From positions 49,402 to 113,401 of the IMG/VR virus record IMGVR_UViG_3300010373_000002: a stretch of DNA of 64,000 nt. One strand, 5' to 3'. Source of the DNA: a virus. This document shows positions 57,147 to 64,000 of this stretch, piece by piece (the first letter of the stretch is position 1; the number at the start of each line of letters is the position of its first letter). The notes beneath the pieces were generated by a model. It worked only from the letters and a program-made list of their open reading frames with translations. It did not search any database and was not told the DNA's origin. The position numbers and the translations under genes are program-made.

Positions 57147-57767
57147 ACGTCTTGCAATTGGTTCTCAAACTCACTTGGATGATGATCACTCGTAAAATCA
57201 GTCATGATTCTCCTGTCGTGAGAGAAATGAGTAATTTTGGCGAGTATAAGATCGTGAAATGGGTCAATATCCGCCAAGGCGCTTTGGCCGGCGGAAACGA
57301 CAAGTACGGTCATCAAAGGTGGAGGACGAATATCGTTTGTAGCGCCAAGATGGAAATCATTGCGTTGGATTGAACGCTTCCAAAGGAGAATGAGTATGAA
57401 ATTCGAAGAACTGGTTGTGGGCGAAAAAGTTTATATCAACAGTATCGGCAGTAATGTGGTGATCCGTGGTCTTGAGAGAACCTTTCTGGACCAAGGCTTC
57501 ATTTTGGTGGACAAAGGGCTGATTGGCAACCACCCCAATGAAAGCCGGGTCCAAATCCAGGTCGGCGGCGAGACGATGGAATTTGACCGTCTCTGGTTCG
57601 AGAGAGCGGAACCGCCTATTCCCGACGATATCACTCCTTTGGACATGCTTTTCCGGGAAGTGGACTTGATCGCCGGTAGAGAAAGTCGGTGTTCCGAAGG
57701 CGAGGCGTACAAGAGGCTGATTCATCGGATCGAGGCCGTTCGTGCGGTTCATGGAGACGACAAATGA
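57143..57767 (+). CDS. Two hypothetical genes (57143-57373 and 57390-57767)
   Basis: RBS-preceded, co-oriented ORFs. Confidence 0.5.
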
Positions 57768-58065
57768 ATCACCCTCTTCAGTGCCAAGAATTAGTTCACG
57801 CTCTTGTGTCCGAATGGCTCAACGGTATGGGTCCATCCTCGAACCCAGACGAACTCAAGGATCATTGGGCGTATCGAAACATTATTTCAAAAAGAGATTG
57901 GATCGTCCCTTTCCTTTTGAGGGAGGTCGCATGGAATCCTAGTTTTATCGTGTGGGCCTTGCACGACATTACCGGGGAGAACCCGGTCCCCAGGAATCGC
58001 TAGGTAATATCAATGAGGCGACGAAGGCTTGGGTTGACTGGGGAAGGCTTAAAAGGTTGATTTAA
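57764..58065 (+). pseudogene. Frameshifted hypothetical gene
   Basis: ITGENPVP then a -1 shift at CCCC (57988-57991) continues QESLGNINEATKAWVDWGR. Confidence 0.65.
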
Positions 58066-58123
58066 TAATTATTTCATGAAATGGCGACCGTCTAGTTTTT
58101 TTGGTGGAAAACTTGACAACCCC

Positions 58124-58151
58124 TTGACTTCTAGTAGCAGATAGCTAGAAT
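58124..58151 (+). promoter_or_regulatory. Sigma70-type promoter
   Basis: TTGACT-16-TAGAAT in an AT-rich gap; a second TTGACA lies just upstream. Confidence 0.5.
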
Positions 58152-58196
58152 GTTATTGTTGGTAGAGGAGAACCACGCTTAAACCAAAGGCCGAAA

Positions 58197-58874
58197 ATGA
58201 GCCATTTCCACTTAGAAATCATTATGCCTCCGGTCGAAGACGTCAAGGAAGCGGTTCGACAAATCATGAATCCGTTCAGGGAATACGGCCAAGACGAGGA
58301 TGGGGTTCCTAACTCGCATCCTTTCTTTGAATGGTATGTCATCGGTGGACGTTGGGACGGCGCGAAGTCGGAGGCTTTGTTGGACACCGAGAAACGTAAA
58401 CAGTTTTGCGAGGAGTTGGCAAAAAGAAAAATCACGGTCGCCGCAGCACAATTCTGGAAGCCGACGCTTGATCCGTCAAGCCAGATTCCGATGGTGAACA
58501 AACCCTGGCGAAAGTTCTTTCCCGAGTCGCCGCTGAAGGTTTGCCCTTTATTCTCCCACTTCAAGGACCAATATAAAGACAACGACGGGCCACCGAACGT
58601 CATGAGACTCAAAGATGTCTCGATGTCAACGAAAGCCGCTCGCGTCATCATCGCCGGCCCTCAATTTGAGAACGGGGGAGTTTTAGAAGCGGAATATATG
58701 ACCCAAGACTCGACATGGAACGGTGTCACCTACGTCAATTCTGCATGGGACGGAACGATCGGCGCGGCGATAAAGGAGCATAAAGCTCACACGGAGGGTT
58801 ATACGCCGAAATATCTAGCGAAATACATCCCTCGTGACGATTGGCTTTGCGTCACCGTCGATTATCGCTCTTAA
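58197..58874 (+). CDS. Conserved phage hypothetical protein
   Basis: MSHF..., WYVIGGRW.G, W..VTVDY. Confidence 0.7.
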   Translation: MSHFHLEIIMPPVEDVKEAVRQIMNPFREYGQDEDGVPNSHPFFEWYVIGGRWDGAKSEALLDTEKRKQFCEELAKRKITVAAAQFWKPTLDPSSQIPMVNKPWRKFFPESPLKVCPLFSHFKDQYKDNDGPPNVMRLKDVSMSTKAARVIIAGPQFENGGVLEAEYMTQDSTWNGVTYVNSAWDGTIGAAIKEHKAHTEGYTPKYLAKYIPRDDWLCVTVDYRS

Positions 58875-58901
58875 AAACAACACTCAAACCAAGGGCCGAA
58901 A

Positions 58902-59312
58902 ATGGAAGCCTTCCTGACTGGATCGCGAGCATACGGGACGCCGCGAGAGGACTCGGATATCGACCTTGTTGTTTTGATGTCGCCGGCAGACTCGCGAACC
59001 CTTTGCGATCATGTTCAAGGCGACGACATGGCTGAGCGTGGCGAATACGATAGCGGCGGACACTCATTCGCCCTTCGGTTTGGCAACCTTAATCTGATCG
59101 TGACAACCGGCTGGCGTCACTACGCCTGTTGGCGGGCCGGGACCGAGGAGTTGGTTAAGCGTCGTCCTGTGACGCGAGAGGAAGCTGTGACTCACTTCAC
59201 GCAACGGCGTAAGGAATTCAGCCAGGGAAACACGGAAGCCTCTGCGGTAGCCGAAGAGGCCGGAGTAGAAACCGAACTTTGCGGCACCGAAGACGCTTTG
59301 GGATATCCTTGA
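58902..59312 (+). CDS. Minimal pol-beta-type nucleotidyltransferase
   Basis: LTGSRAYG....SDIDLVV. Confidence 0.75.
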   Translation: MEAFLTGSRAYGTPREDSDIDLVVLMSPADSRTLCDHVQGDDMAERGEYDSGGHSFALRFGNLNLIVTTGWRHYACWRAGTEELVKRRPVTREEAVTHFTQRRKEFSQGNTEASAVAEEAGVETELCGTEDALGYP

Positions 59313-59327
59313 TAAATGGAGCGGGCG

Positions 59328-59555
59328 ATGGCGACATTCCGAATCTCTAGCGTCTACGGTAGTGACGACGACTTCAGGCTGAACGCCTACAAATATGAAG
59401 CCACCGACGCCGGGGATGCCTTCTAACGATACCTGAACGACATCGACAGCCCATCCTCTCATGAAACGGCGATGGTAGAGTCGCCCGATGGAACTCGGAA
59501 AGTGTATCACGGAGAGATGGCGTTTTGCTGGAAGGTGTACCGCGAGAAAGGGTGA
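59328..59555 (+). pseudogene. 75-codon gene with an in-frame TAA
   Basis: GGAG RBS; MATFRIS...AGDAF*RYLND...YREKG; the stop is at 59424-59426. Confidence 0.55.
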
Positions 59556-59637
59556 TGATGATAGCTCAATGGAACGTCGAGTGTCCTGAGTGCGAGGGTC
59601 GCGGACGAGTTATGTTTATCTCGCCGAAGGATGGTGA

Positions 59638-59988
59638 GTGATGGGGCAACGCAACGAACACCCGATCGCCAGAAAAGAGCACTCGTGCTCGTTCTGTTGG
59701 GAACCGATCGCCGTCGGCGAGAAGCACTTCTCGAAATCGTTCGGGCCGATGGATCACTCGGTGAATGAGGGGTTTTTCCGTGTCCGCGCCCACGAAATAT
59801 GTTGGGAACTTCGCGAGGAAGCGGGAGGCCAAGACGAGGACGGAATCTTCAATTTCGATTCCCCCGACAATTTCAAGCAGGGCTTGGCCGAGACGGGCAA
59901 TGTCGAAGTTTTCGCGGCGCGCGACGGCGGAATTCCGCCCGGCCCGCCGAGACGCAAGGAACCAACACCGGAAAGGATCGAAGCATGA
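59638..59988 (+). CDS. Zn-finger protein
   Basis: ARKEH.C.FC...I..GE..H..C. Confidence 0.65.
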   Translation: MMGQRNEHPIARKEHSCSFCWEPIAVGEKHFSKSFGPMDHSVNEGFFRVRAHEICWELREEAGGQDEDGIFNFDSPDNFKQGLAETGNVEVFAARDGGIPPGPPRRKEPTPERIEA

Positions 59989-60272
59989 TTGATCAATGGA
60001 ACGTCGTGTGCCCCGAGTGCGAAGGGCTTCATGGATGCGATTCATACGATGGAACAAGTGAAGTCCCCAACCCCGCGCTCGTCGCCGAACTGACGCGGCT
60101 GCGGAGGTTGAAAGAGTTGGCTCGCGAGTTCGTAATTTCCTTGGGGCGTCCCGATTCCTTCACCGCGACGACTCCGCTTCGAGAGTTGATTTTCGCTCTC
60201 GCCGACACGCCGGAAACCCCCGGTCGTTTCAAAGAGCCGGTCGCGACGGAACGAAAGGAAGGTGAAGCGTGA
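59985..60272 (+). CDS. Zn-ribbon plus coiled-coil cassette gene
   Basis: MIDQWNVVCPEC..AEL.RLR; ends in the repeat-encoded PVATERKEGEA. Confidence 0.6.
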   Translation: MIDQWNVVCPECEGLHGCDSYDGTSEVPNPALVAELTRLRRLKELAREFVISLGRPDSFTATTPLRELIFALADTPETPGRFKEPVATERKEGEA

Positions 60273-61463
60273 ATTCCGACCTCTCCGTTTGCCCTGAGTG
60301 CGGCGACAAAAACTTCCTGACGATCCACGATTACGATCAAAAGGTTGTTTTCGAATGCACCGCTTGCGGCGAATCCTTGGAACTTTGGATCGGTGAAATT
60401 GCCGACGAATTCCACGATCTACGGGCCGAACTCGTGAAATCCGCCGCCGCCAACGCCGCCCTCCAAGCCGAGTGCGACCGGCTGCGGGAGGTGGAACGGC
60501 TGGCGAAAGAGATGGTTCAAAGATGCAAGGAGCATTCTGATATGATGATCCCTGTTGGAGAACTCGTGATGGAGTTCCATGAGGAACCGTTTAACGCCCC
60601 GAGCAGCACAACTTACGCTTCTCTGGCCACGGCTTTCGAGGCTTATCGCGACGCGAAAAAGGCTTTCGAAGCCGCTCTCGCTCAAGAGTCGGTCGCGACT
60701 TCCGCTCCGGCCGAAGTCAAACCCCGTCGCACCATTGTCTGCCTTTGCGGTTCGACACGGTTCCGCGAGGCGTTCCTTGCCGCGAACTATCGCGAATCGC
60801 GGGATGGAAAGATCGTGCTCACGGTGGGCTGTTTCACTCACTCGCCGGAACAGGCCGAAGGGGAAACGCTCGGTTTCACCGAGGAGCAAAAATGCCGCGC
60901 CGACGTGCTTCATTTCGACAAGATCGAACTTGCCGACGAAGTGTTGATCCTCAACGTCGGCGGCTACATAGGCGAATCGACACGTCGCGAACTCAATCAT
61001 GCGATCGCGCAAGGAAAACGCGTTCGGTTCCTTGAAGAACAACAGCCGGTCGCGACGGAACGAAAGGAAGGGGAAGCGTGATCCACGTTGAAGTGACGCA
61101 GGAGGACATTGACAAGGGGGAACCGGGCGATCCCGGTTGTTGCCCGGTCGCGATGGCCGCGACAAGAGCGATTCCCGACGGCGTTCCGCGAGTCCGTTTC
61201 ACCAAGTTCGAGCTTCGCACGGAAAGGATTGTTCTGCAACTTTCCTCGCCTGACGAAGTGGTGAAATTCGTTCGCGCTTTCGATTACGAAAGATCGTCGC
61301 CCGAGGTGAGACCATTTTCTTTCGACTTACCCGATCTCTCGGAGCCGGTTTGGAAAGCGGCGTGCGCCTGCTGTCGTGGGCTTTTCGATCGCGCCGAACT
61401 CGACGACGAAGGCTTTTGCGAAGAGTGCCGGTCGCGACCGAACGAAAGGAGGGGGAAGCGTGA
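60236..61463 (+). repeat. Three 37-bp direct repeats at gene junctions (60236-60272, 61045-61081, 61427-61463) plus a partial copy at 60684-60699
   Basis: GCCGGTCGCGAC(G/C)GAACGAAAGGA(A/G)GG(T/G)GAAGCGTGA. Confidence 0.92.
60269..61081 (+). CDS. Zn-ribbon, coiled coil and DUF4406/nucleoside-deoxyribosyltransferase-like domain
   Basis: CPEC..CTAC; IVCLCGSTRF..H..KI..ADE...LNVGGYIGEST..E. Confidence 0.75.
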   Translation: MNSDLSVCPECGDKNFLTIHDYDQKVVFECTACGESLELWIGEIADEFHDLRAELVKSAAANAALQAECDRLREVERLAKEMVQRCKEHSDMMIPVGELVMEFHEEPFNAPSSTTYASLATAFEAYRDAKKAFEAALAQESVATSAPAEVKPRRTIVCLCGSTRFREAFLAANYRESRDGKIVLTVGCFTHSPEQAEGETLGFTEEQKCRADVLHFDKIELADEVLILNVGGYIGESTRRELNHAIAQGKRVRFLEEQQPVATERKEGEA

Positions 61464-61479
61464 GAATCTCCAAGCGTAA
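61078..61479 (+). CDS. Hypothetical protein with a C-terminal Zn ribbon
   Basis: VTQEDIDKG....CPVA.A..FDY..PFSF.L. Confidence 0.65.
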   Translation: MIHVEVTQEDIDKGEPGDPGCCPVAMAATRAIPDGVPRVRFTKFELRTERIVLQLSSPDEVVKFVRAFDYERSSPEVRPFSFDLPDLSEPVWKAACACCRGLFDRAELDDEGFCEECRSRPNERRGKRENLQA

Positions 61480-61927
61480 ATGCGTAAAGTGCGGGCATGT
61501 TTTAGATTCGCTGGACTTCCCGCAACTTGTCGCATCGCTCCGGGCCGACCTTGACGATCTTCGAACCGAGCAATATCGCCTCCGCGCCCGGAACACCGTG
61601 CTTCACCAGAAACTTGCCGTCGCCGAGTCTGGCCTTCAAACGGTGGAGTGTCCTACGTGCAAGGGAAACGGAGGCGATGGAATTGATCGGGGCGAAGGGC
61701 ATCGGTTTCGGTTCGGCCCGTGCAAGAGATGCGGCGGGCATGGAAGGTTGACGTTCGACGATCTACTAGAAGAGATCGTCGCGTTCGAGGATTGCGAGGA
61801 AATCAGCCAGGCGAGATACGAAATCATGAATGAACTCTATGAGAAACTTCGCGAGCGTGACGCGAGGATCAGGGAACTAGAGGACCAAATCCACGACGAC
61901 GCACTTCAATCAAGGGAGACTTACTGA
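61460..61927 (+). CDS. Zn-ribbon, coiled coil and DnaJ-type Zn finger protein
   Basis: GTG start inside repeat 3; CVKC, CPTCKGNG, CKRCGGHG. Confidence 0.65.
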   Translation: MRISKRKCVKCGHVLDSLDFPQLVASLRADLDDLRTEQYRLRARNTVLHQKLAVAESGLQTVECPTCKGNGGDGIDRGEGHRFRFGPCKRCGGHGRLTFDDLLEEIVAFEDCEEISQARYEIMNELYEKLRERDARIRELEDQIHDDALQSRETY

Positions 61928-62043
61928 TGGATTACGATGACTACAATGACGACTGGGACTTCGACGACGAAGAGGAAGACGAGGACTGGGATGATGATGA
62001 CTTCGATGTAGACGAAGACGAACTTGAAGACGTGGAGTATTGA
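61927..62043 (+). CDS. 38-aa hyper-acidic micro-protein (absent from the track)
   Basis: MDYDDYNDDWDFDDEEEDEDWDDDDFDVDEDELEDVEY; AGGGAG RBS; TGATG coupling. Confidence 0.6.
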   Translation: MDYDDYNDDWDFDDEEEDEDWDDDDFDVDEDELEDVEY

Positions 62044-62046
62044 ACC

Positions 62047-62346
62047 GTGAGCGCCAAAACCGAACCGCCGTGGCTTGATCGGAGAAAAGGCGAGAACGAT
62101 GACGGCGAAGCGTTTTATCCCGCCTTCTCGCAATTCACAGGCAACAAAAATGGACCATATCGTTATGTTGTTTCTCAAGAAGAACGGAGCGGCGGCGGTT
62201 TTGTTTGGATCGCCGAATGTTTCGACTTGATTGATGAGGATGATCGCGGAAAGCGATATGACTCAGCGGAAGAAGCAATGAAGGCTTGCGATGAGTGCGA
62301 GAGATGTATAATCGTGGACGCTATGTACGGAGTTGACTATGAGTAA
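62047..62346 (+). CDS. Hypothetical protein
   Basis: GGAG RBS with a GTG start. Confidence 0.55.
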   Translation: MSAKTEPPWLDRRKGENDDGEAFYPAFSQFTGNKNGPYRYVVSQEERSGGGFVWIAECFDLIDEDDRGKRYDSAEEAMKACDECERCIIVDAMYGVDYE

Positions 62347-62638
62347 GACGGCGACCAAAAAGAAACCGAATCAAGCCAAACCCAAGCTGGACCAATCACA
62401 ACTTCCGGTTGGATTAGAGTGCCTACTCACAACCCAGGCGGTTGCGGTGTGCATTTCGAGTTCTCCTGCCCACGTTCGCAAGATCGTCCGCAATAAAGAG
62501 TTCCCGGCTCCCGACAAGGTTTTCGGCGGCACTCAGCCGCGATGGTGCGTTTCCACCGTCAACGAATGGATGAGAAACCAAGAAGCGAAAAACATTCGCG
62601 GTTTCCTCACGAGCGATCTTGATGAGGAGGGAGGTTGA
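62339..62638 (+). CDS. Excisionase/AlpA-like HTH protein
   Basis: LLT..VA.....FPAP......RW..STV.EW; directly upstream of the integrase. Confidence 0.8.
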   Translation: MSKTATKKKPNQAKPKLDQSQLPVGLECLLTTQAVAVCISSSPAHVRKIVRNKEFPAPDKVFGGTQPRWCVSTVNEWMRNQEAKNIRGFLTSDLDEEGG

Positions 62639-63921
62639 TGGCCGGAGTTTGGCGACGAAAGACAAGAGACGGAAAACCCGGAAAATATATTGCATGGTGG
62701 ATCGACGATAAAGGGGTTCGGCATACAAAGACATGCTCTACGTCCGAACGTGACGCCGAGCGGATTGCTCAAAAGAACGAGGAGGCCGGAGTCCGCTTAC
62801 GGGAAGGCTTAATTTCCCCTCGCGAGAAAATGAGTTTAGAGGCGGCAAAGAAACCGATCGAGGTCCATATCGAGGATTACCGTCTCGCTTTATTGGCAAA
62901 AGCAGACGGACTCCAACATACGAAGCATGTCGCCGGAGCCATTAAAAGGATTCTCGAATACGCATCAATCCGTTCTTTGGACGAATTGAATGCGGTCGAT
63001 CGCTTACAGGCGGCACTCGGAAGACTTCACTCGGAGCGATCCCCTCGCACCGCGAACCATGCCAGGAATTGCATCATTGCGTTCGTTCGTTGGCTTGAAG
63101 ACTCAAGCCGGATTATCGAACTGCCTCGCGGCATCAAGAAATTAGCTCACTACAACCAGAAAGTCGGTCGCCGCCTCATCCGTTCTCCTTTGACGGTCGC
63201 CGAGTTGAAGCGACTCTTGGAAGTCACCGCCTCGGGGCCAGATGTCGCCACCAAGCGCGCTCGCGTCGGCAGGGGAGGGGATATCCTTGAGAGTATGAGC
63301 GGCAAAGATCGTTCGGTCCTTTATTTGACGGCTTGTTCCACGGGATTTCGCTTCTCGGAACTCGCCAGCCTTACTCCCGAGTCGTTCAAGCTAGATGGCG
63401 ATTCTCCCACCATCACTTGCGCCGCCGCCTACACGAAAAACGGTGCTTTGGCGATTCAGCCGATATCCATCCATGTCGCCAAGACGATCGCGGAATGGAT
63501 CAAGGGAAAGGTCGCCGGGAAACCCGTCTTTCTTTTGCCCAGGCACGGCGTCTATATGATCCAGGCCGACCTCCGCCGATGCGGAATCTCTCCGTTGCGT
63601 CCTAACGGTGAGCGTGTCGATTTCCATAGTCTTAGACATACTTATGTGACAAATCTGATCGACGCCGGGGCCACCATGAAAGAGGCTCAAAAGTTGGCAA
63701 GGCATTCAAGCATCGTCTTGACCGGCGACATCTACGCTCATGCCTCCGAAGACAATCTCAGGCGAGCGGTCGAAAGATTGTCTCAAGGGTCCGAAGCCGC
63801 CGCCGAAAAAGATGCACCTGCGCTGCAAACCCTGTTTTCACCCACCGCCATCGAATCGTATCCATTGATGAGCGGAAAATCGACTAAAGAGGGAAACGAC
63901 GGTCGGCAGGCCGAGGAGTAA
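62638..63921 (+). CDS. int: Tyrosine recombinase/integrase
   Basis: Catalytic set present: TGFRFSEL (R), TKNG (K), HSLRHT (HxxR), ARHS (H), DIYAH (Y). Confidence 0.95.
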   Translation: MAGVWRRKTRDGKPGKYIAWWIDDKGVRHTKTCSTSERDAERIAQKNEEAGVRLREGLISPREKMSLEAAKKPIEVHIEDYRLALLAKADGLQHTKHVAGAIKRILEYASIRSLDELNAVDRLQAALGRLHSERSPRTANHARNCIIAFVRWLEDSSRIIELPRGIKKLAHYNQKVGRRLIRSPLTVAELKRLLEVTASGPDVATKRARVGRGGDILESMSGKDRSVLYLTACSTGFRFSELASLTPESFKLDGDSPTITCAAAYTKNGALAIQPISIHVAKTIAEWIKGKVAGKPVFLLPRHGVYMIQADLRRCGISPLRPNGERVDFHSLRHTYVTNLIDAGATMKEAQKLARHSSIVLTGDIYAHASEDNLRRAVERLSQGSEAAAEKDAPALQTLFSPTAIESYPLMSGKSTKEGNDGRQAEE

Positions 63922-64000
63922 GTTCGCATTCGGCTGATTACCATAGGTTTACAGAAAATCCAATACAGTCCAAAAAAAATAGGTTCTGACGACCGATCAA

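Noticed and set aside
59424-59426. Stop-codon recoding
   Set aside because: A single in-frame TAA; TAA, TAG and TGA all end normal genes here and no suppressor tRNA is seen.
60236-61463. CRISPR array
   Set aside because: The repeat length fits, but the intervening segments are 772 and 345 bp of coding DNA and no cas genes are present.
63922-64000. attP/attR site
   Set aside because: Likely nearby, but no partner repeat or tRNA end is visible within the window.

Overview
This window is almost entirely one temperate tailed-phage genome or prophage (siphovirus-like, HK97-type capsid), co-oriented on the + strand. Layout: end of the major capsid gene, then a head-to-tail module carrying two papain-type (C1A) cysteine peptidases, two beta-helix spike-like proteins, neck, tail tube, tape measure and Cys-rich tail-tip genes (1-24.9 kb). 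A divergent promoter/operator region follows at about 27.4 kb. Replication and nucleotide genes come next: putative annealing protein, prim-pol, SF2 helicase, HNH, thyA-folA, adenine MTase, RNA ligase, class II RNR with a mini-intein, ssb and dnaN. A dense block of small accessory ORFs ends in xis and a tyrosine integrase. A Planctomycetota-like host is my inference from protein style and is unverified. A tnpB-only IS200/IS605 element splits an ABC-type ATPase gene. Best leads: (1) two large, highly structured non-coding regions, each beside a stand-alone endonuclease, one ending in a terminator plus an RBS-occluding hairpin; (2) a papain-protease pair together with a secreted chagasin-like protein and no recognisable endolysin in the window; (3) 37-bp repeats that form the stop, RBS and start junctions of Zn-ribbon genes next to xis-int; (4) hidden micro-ORFs, including an antisense 2-TM protein, a hyper-acidic 38-mer and an ATT-start RHH-like protein. 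Several frameshifts and one nonsense codon indicate decay or assembly indels. All assignments are by eye; no searches or folding programs were run.
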